Below are positions 38,665 through 47,273 of a stretch of 64,000 nucleotides of DNA, in pieces. The DNA comes from Bacteriovoracia bacterium (GTDB lineage: Bacteria; Bdellovibrionota; UBA1018; CAIPTA01). The translations under genes and the position numbers were made by a program. The stretch is taken from contig JBFWVL010000001.1 in assembly GCA_050246755.1 (NCBI GenBank), positions 672,001 to 736,000 on the forward strand. Direction: 5' to 3'. The notes under the pieces were generated by a model. That model saw nothing but the letters and a program-made list of their open reading frames with translations, made no database searches and had not been told where the DNA came from. Within the stretch, counting starts at the first letter, position 1. Every line of letters starts with the position of its first letter.

Positions 38665-40149
38665 CTATCTCTTCCACACGAAAGTAACCGCAAATTTTCC
38701 CGGCAGCTCGTAGTCGAAATATTCTTTGCCGATCGCCACGCGGAACCTCTTCGCATCATCGGTGGAATTATGGGCCACGAAAGCGATCGTTCCATCTTTG
38801 TTGAGAAAGCCGGTGGCGATCAGGCCCTCGGGATCTCCTTCCACTTCTAGGCGGTAGGATTCGGGAGTGATGAAGCGGCTCACCTGCGCGAGAGCATAGA
38901 ATTCACCGTTATAGGTTACCTCGGGCATTTCCCCAGAGAAATCCATCTTCACCATCCCGCGGCAGGTGGTGCAGCCCCCATTGGGAATCGTCGGATCATC
39001 CTTGATTCCATTCTGCGGGCCATTTTTTTCGTCGAGGCAGAGGTTCCAGCCGAGGGCGCCGGTGGTGCCGGTGGGGCCCATGCGTGCGGCGCCGAGGGAC
39101 TGGTTATCCAGCCACCACCCGAAATCGTTGATGGGATGGGATTTAGTTCCATCGAGGTAGCTCTCGGTACCAGTACACTCGGTTTGCACAAGAGCCATCT
39201 CCGGATAGGCATTGAACGTATCGAACATATTATACTTCGAGCCCCAGTAGCAGTGGTAGGCCACGCCGGCGGTATACTTGCGGGCGGCGTCGTACTCAAG
39301 AATCTTGTTGGAGTCTTCGCTCAGGCTCCAGTTGTGATCGTGGGAAAAAATCCGCAGCGGAAGCTTCGCTTGCTCGAGGATGGGGCCGAGGTAATCGCCG
39401 ATGAAGCGACTCTGGTCTTTGGGCGACATATACATCGAGGGATAGCCCTTGGTGGCGTAGAGCGGCTCGTTTTGAATGGTGAGGCTGTCTACCGGCATTC
39501 CCTTTTTTTGCAGCTCGCGGATCACGCGCACGAAATATTTGGCGTAATCCTCATACCTTTCGGGGTCCAGCCAGCCGTCGTGGAGGCTCTTGTTGGGCTT
39601 CATCCAGGCCGGCGCGGTCCAGGGAGAAATCATTAGGTGCAAATGGGGATTGATCCGGATGGCTTCCCGGAGCAGGGAAAAACTTTTATCGTCGCGCGAG
39701 AGATCGAGGTGCTTGAATTCAGGATCGGGCTCGGCGTTCGGGGAGTCGTTGTAAGTATAGCTGCCTTTTTTCCCATCGGCGAAATCGGAGGCCCCGAGCG
39801 GAAGACGCAGGTAATCGAAGCCCGCACCGTTTTTTTTGCTGAATATTTTCTCCATCACCTCACGGCGCTGCTTGCGGGGAAGCTTGAGGAGGTTGATCGC
39901 GCAGCTCTCGGTGAAGTTGGCGCCGTAGCCATCCATTTTCTGGTGGAGCATCTCGGGAATTAATTTGAAGGTGGCCGCGGCGCCACCTTCTTTGAGCCGA
40001 GAAAATTTCAGGGTTCTTTTTTCCACGAGCGGCACGAGCTTGCCGTCGATCACTTCCGTCTGAAAAACTTTGATTTTGGCACTCTTGGCGAGCGCGGGCG
40101 AGCCGAAGCAAAGAAGAGCCAAAAAAGTGAGAAAAGCCGCGTTACGCAT
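38665..40149 (-). CDS. Secreted GH30 glycoside hydrolase (beta-1,6-glucanase-like)
   Basis: GASDF, SPWTAPAWMK, QNEP acid/base, DHNW, YHCY, QTEC nucleophile. Confidence 0.9.
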   Translation of the reverse strand: MRNAAFLTFLALLCFGSPALAKSAKIKVFQTEVIDGKLVPLVEKRTLKFSRLKEGGAAATFKLIPEMLHQKMDGYGANFTESCAINLLKLPRKQRREVMEKIFSKKNGAGFDYLRLPLGASDFADGKKGSYTYNDSPNAEPDPEFKHLDLSRDDKSFSLLREAIRINPHLHLMISPWTAPAWMKPNKSLHDGWLDPERYEDYAKYFVRVIRELQKKGMPVDSLTIQNEPLYATKGYPSMYMSPKDQSRFIGDYLGPILEQAKLPLRIFSHDHNWSLSEDSNKILEYDAARKYTAGVAYHCYWGSKYNMFDTFNAYPEMALVQTECTGTESYLDGTKSHPINDFGWWLDNQSLGAARMGPTGTTGALGWNLCLDEKNGPQNGIKDDPTIPNGGCTTCRGMVKMDFSGEMPEVTYNGEFYALAQVSRFITPESYRLEVEGDPEGLIATGFLNKDGTIAFVAHNSTDDAKRFRVAIGKEYFDYELPGKFAVTFVWKR

Positions 40150-40153
40150 GGAG

Positions 40154-40603
40154 CTAGTGAGGAAGGCCCAGCATCTTCTCTTTCGGAAGTATCACGCTGC
40201 AGGCGGCCTCCCCTTTAGGCAAGCCGATCGAGGCGAGAACCTCCTCGTTCCCGGCATTTTCTCCATCCACGGCTTTCACTTTCCCCGCCGCGCAACGCAT
40301 CTTGCCTGTGGGTTGTTTCTCGTAAATATGCGCGTAAGGACCTTCGCATTTTTTTAGGTCAATTCCGGTCATCCGGGTGAAGGTGGCGCGATCGAGGCCC
40401 ATCGCGGGCTTAGCAGACACGGCGAAAGTAAAGTTGATCGCGACTTCCCTGGTAATCTTTTCCGAAATCGGCGCTGCATCCGTGCCGAGATAGCCCTGGA
40501 AGATTTCGTGGCCGGTGGCATCTTTGCAAGTGAGGAGCGCATCGGCGCGGGCGCCGGCGGAAACTATGAACAGGAGAGCCGCTAATCCGGTGATCATTTT
40601 CAT
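40154..40603 (-). CDS. Secreted hypothetical protein (4 Cys)
   Basis: Signal peptide ARA, GAGG RBS. Confidence 0.7.
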   Translation of the reverse strand: MKMITGLAALLFIVSAGARADALLTCKDATGHEIFQGYLGTDAAPISEKITREVAINFTFAVSAKPAMGLDRATFTRMTGIDLKKCEGPYAHIYEKQPTGKMRCAAGKVKAVDGENAGNEEVLASIGLPKGEAACSVILPKEKMLGLPH

Positions 40604-40642
40604 TTCTTTTCCTCTTTCGCCTTCTCTTGATTCTAGGTTTTC

Positions 40643-42316
40643 TTATTGCTTATCGGCTGGCTGCAATTCGGAGACTTCCGTCTCGTCCGACGAATCCTCG
40701 TCTGCGGCTTGGCCGGGCACGCCCCACACGAACGTGGTGGCGCCGCGAGCGGGTACCTCGTAAACAAGTGCACGGCAATCCGGCGTTTTCGCACGGAACT
40801 TTATAGGTTCCTTCTTGAGGTTTTCTACCACCATCACGATGCTGCCATCAGGACGCTGAAAGGCCGTGGATTGGATTTCGCCGTCCGTTTTTCCTGCCAG
40901 CTCGATGCGTTTGGTACCGGGCACGAGGAAACGGCTCACTTGCGCGAGCGCGTAGAATTCCGGATTGTATTTTACTTTGGCGTCTTTTTCCGAAAAATCC
41001 ATTTCCACGAGGCCACGGCAATTGGTGCAGCCGGAATATCCTTTGCCCCAGTTCACCGGGCCATGCTTATCGTCGAGGCACAAATTCCAGGCAATAGAGC
41101 CGGTAGTTCCCATGTTCACGGCGCCCACCGATTGGGTATCAAGCCACCAGTGAAAATCCCCGGCCTTCGCGTAGCCAGCGTCGGATCCCGAGCACTCGGT
41201 TTGGAAAAGCTCGAGGTCGGGATGGTGGTTCACCGTATCCCACATGCCCCATTTTTCGCCCCCGTAGCAATGGTACGCGATTCCTTTTAGGTATTTCTTC
41301 ACGCCCTTTACGGCGGCGATCGGATCCGCGTCGCGCTCGCTTTGGCTCCAGTTATGATCGTGGCCGAAGATGCGCTTGCTGATGCCGTGCTTCTCGAGCG
41401 TAGGCCCGAGAAAATCTCGAATAAACTCTCCCTGCTCTTCCGGCTTCATCCCCATTGAGGGCACGCCGTAGCTATCGTAGGCGGGCTCGTTCTGGATCGT
41501 GAGGCTGTCCACGGGTATCCCGCGCTTTTGGTATTCCTTAATCACCTTCACGAAATAGTTCGCGTAGGTCTGGCGGTACTGCGGCAGTAGTTTTCCGCCG
41601 TTGATCTGGCCGGAATCTTTCATCCAGGACGGTGCTGACCAAGGAGTGATCATCACCTTCAAGTTGGGATTAATCTTGCGGGCCTCGCGGATGAGCTCGA
41701 AAGATTTTTCGTCGCGGCTCATATCGAAATTCTTGAAGGTGGGATCCGGTTTATTATTCTTGGTTTCGTTATAGGTATAATTGCCCTTTTTTGCGTCGGC
41801 GAAATCGGTGCCGCCCATGGGCAAGCGAATGAGATTGAAATTGGCGCCGTTAGGCCCGAACGTTTTCTGCATGAAATCGTTCTTAAGCTTTTTCGGCAAT
41901 CGCTTGATATGCATCGTGCAGGCTTCGGTGAGGGCGGCGCCGAACCCGTACATCGTTTGAAACTTTTTGTCGGGATTGATCTCCACGGTAGGGAAATCTC
42001 CCACGGCGGCGGCCTCGGGACCGAATTTCACGTGACCCTTGCTCACGAGCGGCTGCACTTCGTCGCCGTGAATTTCGGTTTCGAATACTTGCACGTTACT
42101 GCTGGCGGCTTTACTGAGCGTGGTGGAAATGATTTTTTCCATGGTGCTCAAATGCTTGCCGGCGAGCGTGACGCCGTGGCAGCCCGGACCGGGGCAGACC
42201 ACCTGTTCTCCTGCATTTTTATTTTGCGAACAGGTATCGGCCGCCGCGATTTGGGCGCCGAGCGAAAGAAGAGTAAATAAAGGGAACGACAGAATTAGTG
42301 GCTTTGCTCTCATCAT
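40643..42316 (-). CDS. Secreted GH30 glycoside hydrolase, paralog with Cys-rich N-terminal extension
   Basis: GTDF, PWSAPSWMK, QNEP, DHNW, YHCY, QTEC. Confidence 0.9.
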   Translation of the reverse strand: MMRAKPLILSFPLFTLLSLGAQIAAADTCSQNKNAGEQVVCPGPGCHGVTLAGKHLSTMEKIISTTLSKAASSNVQVFETEIHGDEVQPLVSKGHVKFGPEAAAVGDFPTVEINPDKKFQTMYGFGAALTEACTMHIKRLPKKLKNDFMQKTFGPNGANFNLIRLPMGGTDFADAKKGNYTYNETKNNKPDPTFKNFDMSRDEKSFELIREARKINPNLKVMITPWSAPSWMKDSGQINGGKLLPQYRQTYANYFVKVIKEYQKRGIPVDSLTIQNEPAYDSYGVPSMGMKPEEQGEFIRDFLGPTLEKHGISKRIFGHDHNWSQSERDADPIAAVKGVKKYLKGIAYHCYGGEKWGMWDTVNHHPDLELFQTECSGSDAGYAKAGDFHWWLDTQSVGAVNMGTTGSIAWNLCLDDKHGPVNWGKGYSGCTNCRGLVEMDFSEKDAKVKYNPEFYALAQVSRFLVPGTKRIELAGKTDGEIQSTAFQRPDGSIVMVVENLKKEPIKFRAKTPDCRALVYEVPARGATTFVWGVPGQAADEDSSDETEVSELQPADKQ

Positions 42317-42530
42317 GAAAGTCCATCCGTGAGGCCTTCACTGGCCTAGGTTTCTACCAACTAAGATTGTAGGATTGGAGCGCCTACCCAGCAACGATTT
42401 TTCTCAGGGCAAACCTGTGAAATCTATCGGCTCTTTAGATTATACCGGACCGCCCTATTCCTGTTGGCGAGTGTCCATTCTTCCAATAGAATCTAGAAAG
42501 CGCGGAAACGTGTTTGAAATTGAGGTTTTC

Positions 42531-45398
42531 ATGAGGAAAAACGCTGTGACCCTTCTTCCCTGGCTGCTCGGAACGGCCTTTCTCCTAGGCCCGTTTGGAG
42601 GGGCAAAAGCCGAAAGCACCCTGCCTATCTACAAAGACCGTAGCGCGGGAACCGAAGCGAGAATCGATGACTTGATCTCCCGCCTGACGCTCGACGAAAA
42701 GCTCGACCTCCTCGGCGGAACCGGATTCGGCTCTAAGGAAAACAAGCGCCTCGGTATCCCTTCTATTTTGATGATCGATGGTCCTCAAGGCATACGCGGG
42801 CCACGAGCCACCGCTTTTCCCTCTTCGATCACGATGGTATCTACCTGGAATCCAGAGCTGATGCGCAAGGTTTCCCGCGGAATCGGCCGCGAAGTGCGGG
42901 CCTACGGGAAAAACATGATTCTCGGCCCCTGCGTTACGCTCTACCGTGTGCCCCAAAGCGGAAGGAATTATGAGTGCTTCGGCGAAGATCCCTACCTCAA
43001 CTCGCGTTTTTCCTCGGCCTATGTAAAAGGGACCGCCGATGTAAAAGTGCTGAGCTCCACGAAGCATTTTCTGCTCAATAATCAGGAAATAAACCGAAAC
43101 TGGGTGGACATGCACGCCGACGAACGCTCGATCCACGAACTCGAGCTCCCGGCCTTTGAGGCCGCGGTGAAAGCGGGCACGGAGTCCATTATGTCTTCCT
43201 ATAATTTGGTCGACGGAGTGCACGCCGCCGAAAATAAAGAATTGCTCACCGGCCTGATCAAAGAAGGCCTCGGCTTCAAGGGATTCATCGTTTCCGACTG
43301 GGAATCCACCTACGATGGGGTGAAATCCGCGAACGCGGGCCTCGACCTCGAGATGCCCTACGGACTGCACATGGGAGCTCCGATCAAAGAAGCCGTGGAA
43401 AAAGGCGCGGTGCCGATTTCACTCGTGAACGACAAGATCCGCCGAATGATGCGCGCGCTCTACAAAATCGGCGCGATGGACGAGAAGCCAGTCGCGAATA
43501 AAACCGACCTCAACAGCAAAGAGAATCAGCAGGTTGCGCTCGAGGGCGCCCGCGAAGCGATCGTGCTCTTGAAAAACGAAAAATCGGCGCTGCCGGTGCG
43601 GCCGGCGGAAATCAAGACCATCGCGGTGATCGGGCCGAACGCCGACACGATCCGCCACCATGCTGGCGGCAGCGGGCAAGTGAGTCCCTATAAAAACGTG
43701 AGCGTGCTCGACGGGATCAAAAAGCAATTCGGCCCGAACGTGAAGGTGGTGTACGCGCAAGGCGTGAAGGTTCCCGATCACTGGGAGCTGATCAACGAGA
43801 AACTCGTGAGCTCGCGCAACGCCAAGGGACAAACGGTGGGCGGATTTCAAGTAGAATACTTCGATAACGAAGAACTTAAAGGCAAGCCCATTATCAAACG
43901 CACCGAGCCCGATATCCAGATATGGAATACCGCCACCCCCGATCCGAAACTGCAGATGGGAAAATATTCCGCCCGCTGGACCGGAAGACTGCGAGTGGAA
44001 AAAGCCGGCCCGGTAACGTTCGACATGGGCGTAACCTGGCGGGCCTACCGCGTGATCGTGGATGGCAAAGTGGTGCAGGACTATTTCGATCTACGCGGCG
44101 ATGGCGGCGATAACCGCGTGAAGATCGAGCACCTCGATGCCGGCCTGCACGATATCAAGATCGAGTACCGCAACGAAGCCGACAATTTTAAATTCTCTCT
44201 CGCCTGGGCCCAGCCTGAGGCCGACATCGCTGAAGCCGTGGCGCTTGCCAAAAAGGCCGATGCCGCCGTGGTGGTGGTGGGCACCTCCAATGATTCCGAA
44301 GGCGAGTCTATCGACCGCAAAAGTCTTTATCTTCCCGGCGATCAGGACCAGCTGATCCTCGAAGTAGCCAAAGCCAATCCTCGCACCACCGTGATCGTGA
44401 ATACCGGCGGCCCCGTGTTGATGGATAAGTGGAAAGACAAAGTTCCCGCCATCCTGCAGGCCTGGTTTCCAGGCCAAGAAGGGGGAACGGCGCTGGCTGA
44501 AATCGTGAGCGGGAAGGTGAATCCTTCCGGAAAGCTTCCCGTAACGCTGCCGAAAAAACTCGAAGATTCGCCCTCCGCCACCTACTACCACGGCCAAAGC
44601 GACAAAATCGACTACGGCAAAGTAGGGGTACTCGAAGGTTATCGAGGTTACGACGCGAAAAATATCGAGCCCGAGTTCGCGTTCGGCCACGGTCTTTCCT
44701 ATACCACTTTTCAGTATTCCGACCTGAAAGTAGATGCCGTGAGCGACAATCAAAAGGACCCTAAAGTAAAAGTGACGATGAAGCTCACCAATAGCGGAAA
44801 AGTAGCGGGGGCCGAGGCGGTGCAGCTCTACGTGGGCGAGCAAAGTCCGGAGGTGGAGCGCGCGCCCAAAGAGCTCAAGGGCTTCGAAAAAATCTCTCTG
44901 CGCCCCGGCGAATCGCGCATGGTCTCCTTCACGCTCGACGCGGAAGCCTTCCGCTATTGGAACGACAAAACCCACGCTTGGACCATCAAGCCCGGAAACT
45001 TCTCTATCTTGGTGGGCTCTTCCTCGCGCGATATCCGCCTGAAATCAGCGGTGACCATTAAACCTCCGCAGGCCGGGACGAAATCGGCCGAGCTGGGAAG
45101 CTGCAAAGAAGAACTACGCGCGTTGCTGAAGCAAAAAGAAAAGGTCACGCAGCGGCTACGGGATTTTTCCGATGCTTCCTGGTTCGCCGAGATCCGCTCC
45201 AAGCTTCACCTGGAAAGCGACTCGCTAGATCCCGCGGCTCCGCAAAGCCTAGCCGCCTGCAAAACGCAGCTAGCGCAGGCCGCCGACGCGCTGGCGAATA
45301 TGCAGAATGTAACGAAAGAATTCGCGAAGAAATTCGACTCGCGCCTTTATAAAGTGAATGCCGAAGCCGGCGCCGGCCAATCCCAAAGCGCCAACTAG
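42531..45398 (+). CDS. Secreted GH3 beta-glucosidase with PA14-like insert and C-terminal coiled-coil extension
   Basis: GRNYECFGEDP, KHF, SDW, WFPGQEG, FGHGLSYT; about 110 extra residues ending QSAN. Confidence 0.92.
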   Translation: MRKNAVTLLPWLLGTAFLLGPFGGAKAESTLPIYKDRSAGTEARIDDLISRLTLDEKLDLLGGTGFGSKENKRLGIPSILMIDGPQGIRGPRATAFPSSITMVSTWNPELMRKVSRGIGREVRAYGKNMILGPCVTLYRVPQSGRNYECFGEDPYLNSRFSSAYVKGTADVKVLSSTKHFLLNNQEINRNWVDMHADERSIHELELPAFEAAVKAGTESIMSSYNLVDGVHAAENKELLTGLIKEGLGFKGFIVSDWESTYDGVKSANAGLDLEMPYGLHMGAPIKEAVEKGAVPISLVNDKIRRMMRALYKIGAMDEKPVANKTDLNSKENQQVALEGAREAIVLLKNEKSALPVRPAEIKTIAVIGPNADTIRHHAGGSGQVSPYKNVSVLDGIKKQFGPNVKVVYAQGVKVPDHWELINEKLVSSRNAKGQTVGGFQVEYFDNEELKGKPIIKRTEPDIQIWNTATPDPKLQMGKYSARWTGRLRVEKAGPVTFDMGVTWRAYRVIVDGKVVQDYFDLRGDGGDNRVKIEHLDAGLHDIKIEYRNEADNFKFSLAWAQPEADIAEAVALAKKADAAVVVVGTSNDSEGESIDRKSLYLPGDQDQLILEVAKANPRTTVIVNTGGPVLMDKWKDKVPAILQAWFPGQEGGTALAEIVSGKVNPSGKLPVTLPKKLEDSPSATYYHGQSDKIDYGKVGVLEGYRGYDAKNIEPEFAFGHGLSYTTFQYSDLKVDAVSDNQKDPKVKVTMKLTNSGKVAGAEAVQLYVGEQSPEVERAPKELKGFEKISLRPGESRMVSFTLDAEAFRYWNDKTHAWTIKPGNFSILVGSSSRDIRLKSAVTIKPPQAGTKSAELGSCKEELRALLKQKEKVTQRLRDFSDASWFAEIRSKLHLESDSLDPAAPQSLAACKTQLAQAADALANMQNVTKEFAKKFDSRLYKVNAEAGAGQSQSAN

Positions 45399-45402
45399 CG
45401 CT

Positions 45403-46059
45403 TCAAAGGCCTTTTTTGATTTCCTTTAGCTCCAACTGAAATTCTTCGTCGGCCAGCAAGTGCGCGCAAATACTTTTGCCGAGCGCTTTGCCCGCTTCTA
45501 CGTCGCTCGGATGATGAACTCCCACGATCGCACGCAAATCGCCTAAATAATTTCCGTAATCCAGAATTTTTTTCGCGCGAAGGGGAAATAACTCCGCCAG
45601 CACACAGGCATCCGCCGCGGCGATCGCGGTATGCGAGCTGGGGTAAGACAGCGCGCCTTCCGGCTTATCGGCACAGGGAACGATCCGTCTATCCACGGCG
45701 AAGGGCCGCGGCCGTTCGAACTTGTGCTTGAAATAGTCGGTGATACGATCGGACAGTTTCGTTACTTTGGTGAAAAGCGGCGTGAGCGCGGTGATTTCCG
45801 GTTCAGAAAAAATTCCCGCCGATTCTCCGAATAGAGCGGCAAAGAATGGGAATCTTTGCTTCCTGGCCAAAGCGCAGTCCATTTCGCTTCGAGTACTCTG
45901 CAGCTGAAGGAGCGTGTCATAGTCTCGCTTATACGCCGCCGAGCCTTCCGCCGGGTAATCTGGAACGGAAAATTCCCGCGAAGGTAGTTTCGACCAATCC
46001 GCCAAAACTACGCCGGGAATAAAAAAAACGAGCAATACATAGGCACGATTGATTTTCAT
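45403..46059 (-). CDS. Class A acid phosphatase (PAP2 family)
   Basis: K...RPRP, SYPSSH, R...GVHHPSD. Confidence 0.9.
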   Translation of the reverse strand: MKINRAYVLLVFFIPGVVLADWSKLPSREFSVPDYPAEGSAAYKRDYDTLLQLQSTRSEMDCALARKQRFPFFAALFGESAGIFSEPEITALTPLFTKVTKLSDRITDYFKHKFERPRPFAVDRRIVPCADKPEGALSYPSSHTAIAAADACVLAELFPLRAKKILDYGNYLGDLRAIVGVHHPSDVEAGKALGKSICAHLLADEEFQLELKEIKKGL

Positions 46060-46190
46060 GGGGAAATCCTACCCTGGGCGGCAAATTTCCGCCATTCGTT
46101 TACCTGCGGCAGTCTGCTGTCCTGACAAGGCGCATAGAAACCGCTACATATACTAGAGGCTTTATATACCGTTTGTTTGAAAGGAAATAT

Positions 46191-47273
46191 ATGCGGATCG
46201 CTTTGGTATCGCCTCTCTTCGAAAGCGTGCCCCCCCAATTCTACGGCGGAACCGAAAGAGTCGTAGCCTACTTGTCGGACGCGCTGATGAACTTAGGACA
46301 CGAGGTGACTTTATTCGCCAGCGGAGATTCTCGCACCGGGGCCCGGCTGCGTGCACCCTGCCGCCGCGCTCTACGCCTCGACAAAAGCTGCCGGGATCCA
46401 ATTCCGCATCATGTGCTCGAGCTGGCCATGGTGGAAGCCGAAGCGGGCGATTTCGATATCATTCATTTTCATACCGATCTACTGCACCTGCCGCTAGCGC
46501 GGAGATTAAATATTCCTAGCGTAACCACACTGCACGGGCGACTCGACCTTCCCGACATTAAGAATCTTTACTACGAGTTCGACGACTTACCGCTGGTTTC
46601 TATCTCCGACCACCAGCGCTTGCCGCTGGCTTTCGCGAACTGGATAAGAACCGTTCATCACGGCTTGCCGCTGGAACTGCTGAATTTTCACCCCCGGGCG
46701 GGAAACTACCTCGCGTTTCTGGGCCGAATATCCAAGGAAAAGCGCGTAGACCGGGCCATCGAAATTGCCCGGATCGCCGGAAAGAAAATCAAGATCGCCG
46801 CTAAGATCGATAAGGCCGACGAATCCTACTACCAAGGCGTGGCGCACTTTCTCCGGCAACCCCACGTGGAATTTATCGGTGAAATCAACGAGGGCCAAAA
46901 AAGCGAATTCCTCGGCAATGCCGAAGCGCTACTTTTCCCGATTGACTGGCCGGAACCATTTGGGCTCGTGATGATCGAGGCCATGGCCACGGGCACGCCG
47001 GTGATCGCCTACGGAGAAGGCTCGGTTCCCGAGATCGTTCGCGAGAGGGAAAATGGATTTATCGTGCGCTCCGTGGAAGAGGCGGCGGCGGCGGTGCATA
47101 CCTTAAAGGGAATCGATCGCGCCGGCTGCCGCGCTTCCTTCGAAAAACATTTTTCCGCCGAGAGAATGGCTCGCGATTATCTTTCGGTTTACGAAAGCCT
47201 CATCGAACAACGCGGCGGCCAGGTGATCCCGCTTACGGCCCCATCACAGCCAGCGGGCTGGAGAGCGGGATGA
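46191..47273 (+). CDS. Glycosyltransferase family 4
   Basis: VPPQFYGGTER, GRISKEK, EPFGLVMIE. Confidence 0.93.
   Translation: MRIALVSPLFESVPPQFYGGTERVVAYLSDALMNLGHEVTLFASGDSRTGARLRAPCRRALRLDKSCRDPIPHHVLELAMVEAEAGDFDIIHFHTDLLHLPLARRLNIPSVTTLHGRLDLPDIKNLYYEFDDLPLVSISDHQRLPLAFANWIRTVHHGLPLELLNFHPRAGNYLAFLGRISKEKRVDRAIEIARIAGKKIKIAAKIDKADESYYQGVAHFLRQPHVEFIGEINEGQKSEFLGNAEALLFPIDWPEPFGLVMIEAMATGTPVIAYGEGSVPEIVRERENGFIVRSVEEAAAAVHTLKGIDRAGCRASFEKHFSAERMARDYLSVYESLIEQRGGQVIPLTAPSQPAGWRAG

Noticed and set aside
42405-42435. GGGCAAACC...GAAA resembling a c-di-GMP-I riboswitch
   Set aside because: The bases flanking GAAA do not pair and the downstream GCAAA/P3 elements are absent
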